In this document: positions 1 through 11,135 of the stretch, one piece after another
Position numbering within the stretch: position 1 is the stretch's first letter
Layout of the letters: every line of letters starts with the position of its first letter
Assembly (NCBI RefSeq): GCF_018350175.1
Contig: NC_058383.1
Coordinates: 29,700,001-29,764,000, forward strand
DNA: 64,000 nucleotides
DNA from: Felis catus
Taxonomy: Eukaryota
Direction of reading: 5' to 3'
Translations under genes and position numbers: made by a program
Notes under the pieces: generated by a model
The model's database searches: none
Seen by the model: the letters and a program-made list of their open reading frames with translations, nothing else
What the model was told of the DNA's origin: nothing

Positions 1-2446
1 AATTAGTAATCAAAAATCTCCCAAAAACCAAGAATCCGGGGCCAGATGGCTTTCCAGGGGAATTCTACCAAACATTAAAGGAAGAGTTAATACCTATTCT
101 CTTGAAGCTGTTCCAAAACATAGAAATGGAAGGAAAACTTCCAAAGTCTTGCATGAAGGCAGCATTACCTTGATTCCAAAACCAGATAATGACCCCACTA
201 AAAAGGAGAACTATAGACCAATTTCCCTGATGAACATGGATGCAAACATCCTCAACAAGATATCAGCCAATCGGATCCAACAATACATGAAAAAAATTAT
301 TCACCACGACCAAGTGGGATTTATACCTGGGATGCAGGATTAGTTCAATATCTGCAAAACAATTAATGTGATTCATCACACCAGTGAGAGAAAGGACAAG
401 AACCACATGATCCTCTCAATAGATGCAGAGAAAGCATTTGACAAAATACAGCATCCTTTCTTGATAAAAACCTTCAAGAAAGTAGGGATAGAAGGATCAC
501 ACCCCAAGATCATAAAAGCCATATATGAAAGACCCAATGTTAATATCGTCTTCAGTGGGGAAAAACTGAGAGCTTTCCCCCTAAGGTCAGGAACAAGACA
601 GCGATGTCCACTCTCACCACTGTTATTCAACACAGTATTGGAAATCTTAGCCTCAGCAATCAGACATCACAAAGACATAAAAGGCATCCAAATTGGCCAG
701 GAGGAGGTCAAACTTTCGCTCTTTGCAGATGACATGATACTCTATATGGAAAACGGAAAAGATTCCACCAAAAAACTGCTAGAACTGATGCATGAATTCA
801 GCAAAGTGGCAGGTTATAAAATCAATGCACAGAAATCAGTTGCATTCCTATACACCAACAATGATGCAAGAGAAAGAGAATCAAGGAATAGATCCCATTT
901 ACAATTGCACCCCAAACCATAAAATACCTAGGAATAAATCTAACCAAAGAGGTGAAAAATGTATATACTGAAATCTATAGAAAGCTTATGAAAGAAATTG
1001 AAGAAGACACACAAAAAAGGAAAAATATTCCGTGCTCCTGGATAGGAAGAAAAAATATTGTTAAAATGTCAATACAACCCAAAACAATCTACATATTCAA
1101 GGCAATCCCTATCAAAATAACACCAGCATTCTTCCCAGAGCTAGAACAAACAATCCTAAAATTCGTAAGGAACTAGAAAGATCCCGAATAGTCAAAGCAA
1201 TCTTGAAAAAGAAAACCAAAGCTGGAGGCATCACAATCCCAGACTTCAACCTATATTACAAAGCTGTCATCATCAAGACAGTATGGTACTGGCACAAAAA
1301 CAGACACTCACATCAATGGAACAGAATAGAGAACCCAGAAATGGACCCACAAACGTATGGCCAACTCATCTTTGACAACGCAGGGAAGAACACCCAATGG
1401 AATAAAGATAGTCTCTTCAGCAAATGGTGCTGGAAAAACTGGACAGTGACCTGCAGAAAATGAACCTGTATCACTTTCTTACACCATACACAAAAATAAA
1501 CTCAAAATGGATGAAAGACCTAAATGTAGGACAGGAAGCCATCTGAATCCTTGAGGAGAAAGCAAGCAAAAACCTCTTTGATCTTTGCCGCAGCAACTCC
1601 TTACTCAACACGTCTCTGGAGACAAGGGAAACAAAAGCAAAAATGAACTATTGGGACCTCACCAAAATAAAAATCTTCTGCAGAGTGAAGGAAACAATCA
1701 GCAAAACTAAAAGGCAACTGACAGAATGGGAGAAGATATTTGCAAATGACATATCAGATAAAGGGTTAGTATCCAAAATGTATAAAGAACTTATCAAAGT
1801 CAACACCCAAAAAACAAAGAATCCAGTGAAGAAATGGGCAAAAGACATGAATGGATACTTCTCCAAAGAAGACATCCAGATGGCCAACTGACACATGAAA
1901 AAATATTCCACATCACTCATCATACGGGAAGTACAAATCAAAACCACAATGAGATACCACCTCACACCTGTCAGAATGGCTAACATTAACAACTCAGGCA
2001 ACAACAGATGTTGGCGAGGATGCAGAGAAAGACGATCTCTTGTAATGCTGGTAGGAATGCAAACTGGTGCAGCCGCCCTGGAAAACAATCTGTAGGTTCC
2101 TCAAAAAATTAAAAATAGAACTACCTATGACCCAGCCATTTCACTACTAGGCATTTATCCACGGGATATAGGTGTGCTGTTTGGAAGGGACACATGCACC
2201 CCAATGTTTAGAGCAGCACTATCAACAATAGCCAAAGTATGGGAAGAGCCCATATGTCCAACCATGGATGAATGGATAAAGAAGATGTGGTCTATATACA
2301 CAATGAAGTATTACTCATCAATCAAAAGGAATGAAATCTTGCCATTTGCAACTACGTGGATGGAACTAGAGGGTACTATGCTAAGTGAAATTAGTCAGTC
2401 AGAGAAAGACAAATATCACATGACTTCACTCATAAGAGGACTTTAA
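1..2446 (+). pseudogene. Disabled L1 ORF2 (reverse transcriptase to C-terminus)
   Basis: Broken into ORFs 149-343, 368-922, 952-1176, 1203-1463, 1643-1891, 1895-2095 and 2174-2446 by stops and frameshifts. Confidence 0.95.
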
Positions 2447-2678
2447 GATACAGAACAGATGAACATAATGGGAGGGAAGGAAAAATAATATAAAAACAGG
2501 GAGGGGGACAAAACACAAGAGACTCTTAAATATGAATAACAGAGGGTTAATGGGGGGGTTGTGGGAGGGGGTAGGGCTCAATGGGTAAGGGGCATTAAGG
2601 AATCTACTCCTGAAATCATTGTTTCACTATACGCTAACTAACTTGGATGTAAATTTAAAAACATAAAATGAAATAAAT
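1..2678 (+). mobile_element. LINE-1 (carnivore/feliform L1), 3' part; 5' end lies outside the window
   Basis: ORF2 RT and C-terminal peptides ([38 protein letters not shown]), G-rich 3' UTR at 2545-2592, A-rich tail at ~2650-2678. Confidence 0.97.
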
Positions 2679-3067
2679 ACAACTAGTGTCAAAGATCTAA
2701 TCGTTCCTGCAGCTGCTACCACCCAACAGTGTTTATCACCTAACGCTGTTTCAAACACATTAAATCACAGCTGAACTGCAAGGCAACTATAATAAATTGC
2801 TGAAATATCTGTGAGATTAGGATTCGATAAAAATTTACTATTCTGTATAGATAATATATGCATGGTAAAGGATTCTATAGGACACGCTCTAGGAAGGACA
2901 TCTCCTTTCCTTCCCTGTCTCTCATTCAACCAGTTCCCCTTCCTCGTATTTCTTGTTTATCCTTCTGGGGATAATCTGTGCGCGTATAATCATAATACAA
3001 ATATACAGCTTAATGTGCCCTCATATACCCCCAAGTGATGGAGTACTGTATTTATTTGCTTTTTGTC

Positions 3068-3225
3068 AGTTAATAATATATATTAGAGAGGTTTCCATGT
3101 CAGTTGTGTAATACGTCTTAGATATATAATAATATATATTAGAGATGTTTCCATAGCAGTTGTAGAATATATCTTTGGTAGATAACAATATATCTTAGAG
3201 GTGTTTCCATGTTAGTTGTATAATC
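3068..3225. repeat. Degenerate ~57-60 bp tandem repeat, 3 copies
   Basis: Core 'aatatat..ttagag..gtttccat..agttgt' occurs three times, in old L1M-like sequence. Confidence 0.75.
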
Positions 3226-3297
3226 ATTCCTAAATTATATATATGAGTATAATGACGTGTGTGTGTATGTATATTCCTAAAGTTCATCTATTTAGGA

Positions 3298-3305
3298 ATA
3301 TATAT

Positions 3306-3353
<48 letters not shown>
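3298..3353. repeat. (TA)n microsatellite
   Basis: Direct reading. Confidence 0.95.
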
Positions 3354-3355
<2 letters not shown>

Positions 3356-3633
3356 CTCATGTGTATATCTATATTAAGATATATAGTTTTTCCTTCTCCA
3401 CGTTTTGGAAGAATTGAGTGGACACAGAGGCACAGCCATGGTATTGAACCCTTGGGAGCAAGCGTGTTGCTCAGCACAAGAGGTCGGCGTGGGCATCCAT
3501 CTTTTGCAGCACTTCCCCATCCCCATTCTGAGGGGAGGCTGTAGAAAGAATTCAACAAGTGTTTGTTGAATATTAGAAGCCCCTTTCTCTTCTTTGCCCT
3601 TCCCTAAAATACCAAAGAAAGACAGAAATGTTT

Positions 3634-3865
3634 GGGACTCCTGGGTGGCTCGGTGGGTTAAGCAGCCGACTTCGACTCAGGTCATGCTCTCACGGTTTGT
3701 GGGTTCGAGCTCTGTGGCAGGCTCTGGGCTGACAGCTCAGAGCCTGGAACCTGCTTCAGATTCTGTGTCTCCCCCTCTCTCTCTACCCCACCACTGCTTG
3801 TGCTCTCTCTGTCTCTCTCTCTTTCTCTCATAAATAAATAAATAAACATTAATGAAAAAAAAAAA
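3634..3865 (+). mobile_element. Can-SINE (tRNA-derived)
   Basis: Head with A/B boxes (TGGCTCGGTGG / GTTCGAGC), (CT)n, AATAAA tail; TSD AAAGACAGAAATGT. Confidence 0.95.
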
Positions 3866-4073
3866 GACAGAAATGTCAATTAGCAAATGCTGTTTGCTTC
3901 ACCTTCAAAGTATCCTCAGAACCTGAGCACTCTTACTCTTCCCCACCCTGGTCCCAGATCCAGTCACCTCTCCTCTGGTGGCACGGCCGTGGTCTCATCA
4001 CACTGCCTGCGTCTCGTTCTTTTAAGTGAAAGTCAGAGATGGTGCTCGCTTGCTCAGAATGCTTCAACAGCTA

Positions 4074-4428
4074 TTTTATTTTATTTTATTTTATTTTATT
4101 TTATTTTATTTTATTTTATTTTATTTATCTTATTTTAATTTTTTGTATAAAGCTGAGATTTTTACTGACATGTAGATGTGCTTTGGAATAAACGTTTCTA
4201 CAGAAAGTTTCTATAAACAATAGCAAACTTCTAGCCTGAAGTCGTAGGAAGTTAAAAACATAACAGCACAATAAATACAACTATGCCCTCCACAGCCCCA
4301 ACCACAGAGAGGGGTAGGCAGCCCTCAAGTGTGGGGGGAAACATGCTTTGAGATGGCCTTCACAGTCAACAGGAAGACGCCCAAAGCACCCTCCAGGAAG
4401 AGGGTATGTGACAAATCTGTCCCACAGA
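4074..4428 (-). pseudogene. 5'-truncated processed retrocopy of an unidentified mRNA 3' UTR
   Basis: Minus strand: ~285 nt unique UTR-like sequence, AGTAAA signal (4161-4166) ~16 nt before an A-rich (AAAAT)n tail (4074-4144); direct repeat AACAGCTA at 4066-4073 and 4429-4436. Confidence 0.7.
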
Positions 4429-4554
4429 AACAGCTACATGGGCCTCCCAAGTCCTATTTCCCCAACTTTGCCACTTTCCAACCCTGCCCAGGGGTCACCA
4501 GCTCACAGCTATAGTTTGAGCCCAGGCTACTTTGCTCAGTCCTTACCAAAAAAC

Positions 4555-4749
4555 TTTTTTTTTTTAGTTTATTTATTTTGAGAGAGAAATAGAGTGGGAA
4601 GGGGCACAGAGAGAAGGAGAAAGAGAGAATCCTAAGCAGGCTCTGCACTGTCAGTGTGAAGTCCCATGCTGGGCTAGAACTCAGGAACTATGAGATCATG
4701 ACCTGAGCCAAAGTTGGACGCTTAACCAACAGAACCACCCAGGTGCCCC
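4555..4749 (-). mobile_element. Can-SINE
   Basis: T-rich tail, (GA)n, 'gagatcatgacctgagccaaagttggacgcttaacc', ends 'caggtgcccc'. Confidence 0.92.
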
Positions 4750-5288
4750 TTCCCCCACCTCTCCACCCCCACCCCTGCCAAACCTTCTTGTCACTGGACT
4801 GATGACAAGCCTCTTGTCACTGGTCTGAACTGACGACAAGCCTCTGTGCAGAATGCAGGTCCGTGGTCCTCCTCTCATGGACAGTTTCCAAAAGAAAAGA
4901 AAATATGTGAGCTCCACTCCATTGTAAAGGTCACTGGATGGCCCTGTAAGCAGAAGGGACATGAATGTGGGACCCTAGCCTTAAGGTCACTGCTGGCCAT
5001 AGACAGGTTTGATTTATACAATGGCTCATTTTATTCAGAACCAAACCTAAAAGACTCACAATGAGTTGTAAGATCCTGCCACCTGGTCTTCTTCAGGATC
5101 TTTGCTTTCCCTCTCTTCTATAGCCTGGGACCTCCTCTCTCTACTCCCTAGAAAGTTCTTGGCCCATATCCAAATGGCTCACCTCTCACCTCCTTCAAAT
5201 CTTTGCTCAAATGTCACCTTCTCAGACATGCCTCCCCTCCATTTAAAAATCCCTTTCCCCAGCACCCTGTGTCCCCCTTCCTAGCTTT

Positions 5289-5356
5289 ATTATTTTTTGC
5301 CATAGTTTTGATCCCTTCTGTAATTATTTTTTGCCATAGTTTTGATCCCTTCTGTA
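5289..5356. repeat. Perfect 34-bp tandem duplication
   Basis: ATTATTTTTTGCCATAGTTTTGATCCCTTCTGTA at 5289-5322 and 5323-5356. Confidence 0.95.
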
Positions 5357-5754
5357 TTAGCTAATTAGCTAATGGTGGCTTCAAACAACAGAAACATATT
5401 CTCTCACAGTTCTGGAAGTCAGAAGTCTGAAATCAAATGTTGACAGAGCTGGTTCCTTCCAGAGGATCTAAGGGAAAATTGATTCCATGCCTCCCTCCTA
5501 ATTATAGCAGCTGCTGGCAATCCTTGGCATTCCTTGGCTTGTAGACACGTCATTCCAGTCTCTGCCTCCTTCTTCTCAATGTCTTCCCCTCTTTTGTCTT
5601 TAAGGACACTTGTTGGATTTAGGGCCCATCCTAATCCAGGATGATCTCATCCTGATATCCTTAACTACATCTGCAAAGACCCCTTTTCCATAAGGTCACA
5701 TTCACAGATTTCAGGTAGGCCTGTCTTTTGGGCAACTACACTGAACCCCTTACA
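5353..5754 (-). mobile_element. MaLR solo LTR (MLT1-type)
   Basis: TG...CA ends, 5-bp TSD CCTTC, core 'aaacaacagaaacatattctctcacagttctgga'. Confidence 0.85.
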
Positions 5755-5837
5755 CCTTCTATTTCTCATATACTTACTGATTCATTTTGTGTTTGCCTTT
5801 CTTTCCATAGTAGGATATAAACACTAAGAAGGCAGGG

Positions 5838-6253
5838 TTTTTAAAAAATATGTTTATTTGTGTATTTTGAGAGAGACAGAGAGAAAGAGAGAGAGAGAGA
5901 GGGAAAGTGCAAGCGTAGGGTGGGTGGCAGAGAAAGAGAGAGATAGAATCCCAAGCACACTCCATACCACAGTCAGCATAGAGCCTGACACAGGGTCCAA
6001 TCCCACAACTGTGAGATCATGACCTGAGCCGAAACAAGAGTTGGACACTTAACCAACTGAGCCACCCAGGTGCCCAATTTATTAATTATTTTGAGAGAGA
6101 AAGCATGAGCAGGGGAGGGGCAGAAAGAGAGAGAATTCTAAGCAGGCTCCCCATCATTGTCTGCCCAGAGCCTGACATGGGGCTTGATCCAAGAACCCTG
6201 AGATCATGAGAAAAGCCCAAATCAAGAGTTGGATGCTTAACACTTGATGCCCC
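5838..6253 (-). mobile_element. Two adjacent Can-SINEs (5838-6076 and 6078-6253)
   Basis: Two tail/(GA)n/body units in tandem; the second has a partly deleted head. Confidence 0.9.
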
Positions 6254-8172
6254 TGAGAAGGCAGTTTTTTTGTCTCCCCATTCCCATTATGTATTGGGCA
6301 ATGCTCAGTACATGGGGTGGGCTGCAATTTGTATTTGCTGAGAGTGAATGAGTGAATAAAGTTTTTGCCACAAGTTTTACAACTGAGAATTGTAGGATTA
6401 TCTTTTTTTCTTTCTGCTGGTCAGAGATGCCTTGGTTAATACATCATTTATTAATAAAGTAATTTGGAATATGAGGACTTGGTGAAATGTGGCCTACATG
6501 AATGAGTGGCATAAGTCTAAAATGACTCACAGAGTCCATTTATAACTAGAAACTTTGAAGGAGGAAAATCAACACCTGAAAAGAAATGGCATATATCACC
6601 CTCACCAACCATTTCTTCGCAGAAGATCTACATGACTTAAGGGTAAACAATTGCTGATCTCCTTGATGGTGTTATTATTTATCAGTGACCACCTAAACTT
6701 TAAGCGTGGTTTTGGACTTTAAAAAAAGTGATTTGCGCCCACTTTGGGCTTATAAATGGATTAGGGTTAGAAACTGGGTTGTGGCTCAAAATTGGCATGT
6801 TTGGGTGGAAACTTCTGCTGTAAGAACAGAGATGGGCTGGGGCTCTGGGATCTTGGGGACTGGGCCTCTCCCACACAGGACCATCTGTCCTTCTTCTTGG
6901 CCCAGGATGAAAGACGCTCTCAGAGATGCTTTTCTGCGTCTGGAAGGAACAGAGGGTGATATCAGGATTTATATTTTGACTCCTAGCCTTTGACTCAGGG
7001 TTCATGGTCCAAAGAGGCTCTGGGAACTGTCATAACTACCACCCCATTCAGCTTCCAGACCCTCTCCCAGAGTGTCTTCTGTGGGAGAACTATTCCACTG
7101 GCCATGAGCACCTGTAGGACATTGCCCATGTCCTAGCTGCAGACGTGTCCTGTGGTTCTGCTCCAGAAGAGTGTTCCAGTTTTCTTTCCCTCTGACTGCC
7201 TGCGAGGGTCATGGCCCAGAAGGGAGCCTCAGTAGGATCTTCTGTTCTTTACAATTTATTATTTTCAGAGATGTTCCCAGCTTTTCAATGGCAAACAAGA
7301 GAATAGGGGGCACTGAGCATTCTTCTCTGGTGATCTTTTTTCTTAAATATCTTTCTCCACCCCCCCCCCCCCCGCCCCGGCTATCAAAGTAATACAGGCT
7401 TGCTATTCAAAATTTGGGAAACAAAAAAGAAGGGACTGCTAAAAAGCGTCTAAATCACCAATAATTCTGCTACCAGAAATAACTACTATTATTACTTTGG
7501 TTTATTTTATTTCAGTATTATCTAAATGAGCATCTACCTGTATGAATATCTATATAAATATAGTCATATTTATATGATTATAAACACATATTACAGAGTT
7601 ATTATACTTTGCATATAGTTTTTCAACATTTTATTATGAAATTATTTTAAACATTAAAAAATGTAAAAAATATATAGTGAACACACATGTACCAACCGTT
7701 AGACTCTTCCATTAACATTTTACTTAATTAGCTTTATCACTTACCCTTTTCTTCTCCCTCCTTCCCTTGTTTCATCAATTCCTCCCTCTTTTCATTCCTC
7801 TACTTATCCATCTCTCCACCCATCCACATTTCCATTGACATGTCCATCCATCCATCCATCCATCCACCCTACCCTCATTCTCTCTGTTCATCTATCCATA
7901 CTTCTATCAATTCATCCACTTTTTGTGATGCTTTTCAAAGTAAGTTACAGATGTTACAATTTACCCCTAAATATTTTTGTACATACAACTTTTATCTTGC
8001 TTCTTCTTCACCTAACAAAATATGAACTTTCCTATGTTTTCAAATATTCTTCAAAAGCACTTTAAAAAATAGCCACCTGATATTCCATGGCATGGATATA
8101 CCATAATTTATTATTTCAATAATTGAAATTATTATTATGGGAATTTTTTAGGTTTATTTATTATCATGGGAA

Positions 8173-8377
8173 TTTTTTAAAGTTTATTTATTTGAGAGAG
8201 AGGGAAAGAGGAATCGGGTGGGGGAGGAACAGAGAGAGAGGGAGAGAAAATCACAAGCAGGTGCCATGCTTTCAGCACAGAACCTGACACAGGGCTCTAT
8301 GCCATGAACCATGAGATCATGACCTGAGCCAAAATCAAGAGTCAGATTCTTAACCAACTGAGCCACTGAGACACCCC
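8173..8377 (-). mobile_element. Can-SINE
   Basis: Typical body; TSD ~TATTATGGGAA, with the left copy duplicated. Confidence 0.92.
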
Positions 8378-10458
8378 TATTATGGGAAATTTTAATTTTT
8401 TTCTAATTCACCACTTTAACAAGTAATGCTACAGGGAATATCTTTGAACGTGAGCCTTTGGACCGAACCTCTGATTATTTCTTTAGAGAATAGTTACAAG
8501 ATAGAATGTAACTGAGTCTAACAGCATGGCCATTTAAAAAAGGACTTGAAGAGTAATTTCTAGTTTTCTATTGAGATAGGAGCTCCTGTCTACGGTCTTA
8601 CAGAGGTCCTTCTGGCATTTAGGTGGGTGGCCATATCTACAGTGTGGTGGTAAGAGAAGGCCGTTGTGGTAGGAACGTGGCCTCACACTCCAAAGTCTCT
8701 GGCGAGGGTGTGGGTGTGGTGAAAGAAAATGTCCATGTTGGGCATTTCTCCATGGATTTCCTCCTTGAATCAATAGGGTCAGTGTTCGTTATAAGAGCCT
8801 GACTATAAGGCATAAAGGAACAGGACCTGCCATTCCTTACATCCTCAGTACTCAGTCCTTTTGGCAACTGAGAGACCCTCTCCCCCCAGAATGTAAGGGT
8901 GACTGGGAGTGGCCAATCCAATTTAATGCTTTTGTAGAAAATTAAAAGTCTGCTAGGCATAGTGCTAAGGGCTGTGGGGTTACAGGAATGAAAATGACAA
9001 TAGTTCTCAAGGAACATACAACCAACAGGGGGAGTCTTGGCATTCTGTTTTTAAGACTTTATAAATGGAGTAATCAAGGCAGAAATCAAGGGGACAGAAG
9101 AGAATTCATGAAACTTTTGTTTGTGTTGGGTCATGATATGAAACAGAGCGTTTGTATAGACTGTGGTTTGGAAAGTATGGAGGAAGACATAAAACGTTGT
9201 GAGACCCCAGGAGAGAGGTGCCTTTTGAGGGTTGGCAGGGTTCAGGAAAAATGGCTGAGAGAAGATGATGACATTTTAACTAAATCTTGAAATATGAGTA
9301 AGGAATTTTCCAGATGAGCAAGGACAAGAAGAGAGGGTCCTGGCAGAGGGAACATCTTGTACAATGTCAAGGAGCTAAAGAGGAAAATATTGAAATCAGA
9401 CAACATCAAGGAGTTATTTGTATGTTTATAGGTGGAGTCTACTGGCGGCGGGGGTTGGGGGGTGGTTTCCAGTTTGAGACCTCTGATGGGGAGTGATGGT
9501 GACTCACTGAAGGATCACCAACAAGGTGGTGACCATCAGATTTGGGGCAGATGGTTTGTTTGCTAGTTAGGTGGTCTTGGGGTCATGGACTTGCTTATGT
9601 GAACTCTTCCCCACCCCTGTGTCTTTTCTCAGGCTGTGCCCACCTCCTGTTTGTACTTCAAGAGTCATTTGAGGTGTCCTTTCTTCAGGTTAGGTGTCCA
9701 TGCAGGGTTAGGTACACGTTTTGCTCCTACAGCATTAGGCTTATCCCTGGCAGAACTCTCGCTGTATTGTTTTCTCATTATCTGCTCACAACCTACAGGC
9801 AGTTGGGCTCTGTGAGGTCAGAACTCATGTGTTATGTATCGTTGCTAATGCCTGGGCCTGCCTTGTTCAATATGTTTGTTGAGTAAGATTACGTATTATG
9901 GGCTAACCAGACTGATGAGGACAAAGATTGTCTTTGATAGAGGCAGATTGCTTTCCTATACCTGGTCAGGCAATCTGCAAAGGCAAGGTCTCCATCTGTA
10001 AGGTGTGGAACATAAGGATACTTAGCATGTGTGTTCTTATGAAGATTAAAAGAGTTCATACATGATTAGAAAAGTACTTGATAAACCATTCAAGTGTTTG
10101 ATAAATGTTTGTTAATGGTGGCTTTGGTGACTATGACATCACCTGCTTGGGATACAGGAAGGTGAGACACATAGGAGGAAGTTAGAATGGTTCAAGACTT
10201 TCCCATAGCCCATAGCCCAGGTTTTACTGACGGACAGACTGTTATCTGTGGGCAGAAAGGGCAGAACACAGACTATTAAGGCTGAACAAAGTTTCCTGAT
10301 CTCTAGCCTGAATTTGTTTGTGTTGAGGAGGTTCAGAGGGGCAGAGGGATGCTCAGTTAGGCCTCGGATAAACTTTCTCATCCAGGGCATAAACAAAGGG
10401 CAAATGTTGGCAATAAGTGTCTCAAACTGTTTAACCAGTTGCCTGTGTTCTTCTAGAG

Positions 10459-10706
10459 CAGAGGTTGGAAATGCTTTCTCTACAGAGCCAATTGGCAAAT
10501 ACTTAACCTTTACAGGGCAGTCTCTGTTGCAACTACTCAACACTGCTATTAGAGCATGAAATGCTCTAGATAATATAGAAATGTCATAATAATAGTCATA
10601 GATAATATAGAAATGAATGAGATGGTTGTGTTCCAATAAAACTCTATTTACAAAACAAGCAGAAGACCAGGTTTGGCCTGAGGGGGCTGTAGTTTGGCAA
10701 ACCCTA
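10459..10706 (+). mobile_element. hAT-Charlie MITE (MER58A-like)
   Basis: TIR-like ends CAGAGGTTGGAAA / TTTGGCAAACCCTA; 8-bp TSD-like TTCTAGAG/GTCCAGAG; 'tgtgttccaataaaactctatttacaaaa'. Confidence 0.8.
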
Positions 10707-10939
10707 GTCCAGAGTCTTCAGAGCCTGGTGATATGGTTAGGGCTGCAGAGGGATGGCTGCATTTCTTGTTGTTTCAGAATACTTTCAAGTCTCTTGTAGT
10801 GGTTGGGGTAGAATTAGAGCTGGAATCCTCCCTTCCTTGTATTTTCTGTGTTGGATGCCTGTAATCGGGAATTGACTACCTGATGTTATTTGAGGGGATT
10901 CTGTGTGTGTCTCCAGTACCAGGATGCTAGTAGGGCCCT

Positions 10940-11135
10940 TGTGAGGAGGTTAAAAACCCAGGTTCTGGAGACAGAAAGGCTTAGGTTCTAATCCATCTCC
11001 ACTTGCCATTGGGGTGGCCTTGAATGAACTGTAGAACTTCTTTTACATCTCAGTTCCCTCATCTGTAGAATGGGGTAATAATACCTACCTTATAGGAGTG
11101 TTGAGAACATTAAAAGAGATAACACATATAATATG
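10940..11135 (+). mobile_element. MIR SINE
   Basis: Core 'ctcagttccctcatctgtagaatggggtaataatacctacct'. Other MIR-like pieces at ~9960-10110, 18290-18690, 41010-41240, 42590-42830, 47680-47865, 53500-53690, 57590-57920, 62630-62790. Confidence 0.75.

Larger units (their letters stand above)
3876..5320 (+). mobile_element. Fragmented L2 LINE, interrupted by a retrocopy and a SINE
   Basis: L2 3'-region-like motifs 'cttcaccttcaaagtatcctcagaa', 'ctttgctcaaatgtcaccttctcag'. Confidence 0.6.

Noticed and set aside
2679..2860. Possible L1 3' transduction after the first L1
   Set aside because: No second poly(A) tail, and the 5' TSD is outside the window, so it cannot be tested.
3634..3710. tRNA genes (A/B-box matches here and in other SINE heads)
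   Set aside because: All continue into Can-SINE bodies with (CT)n and A tails.
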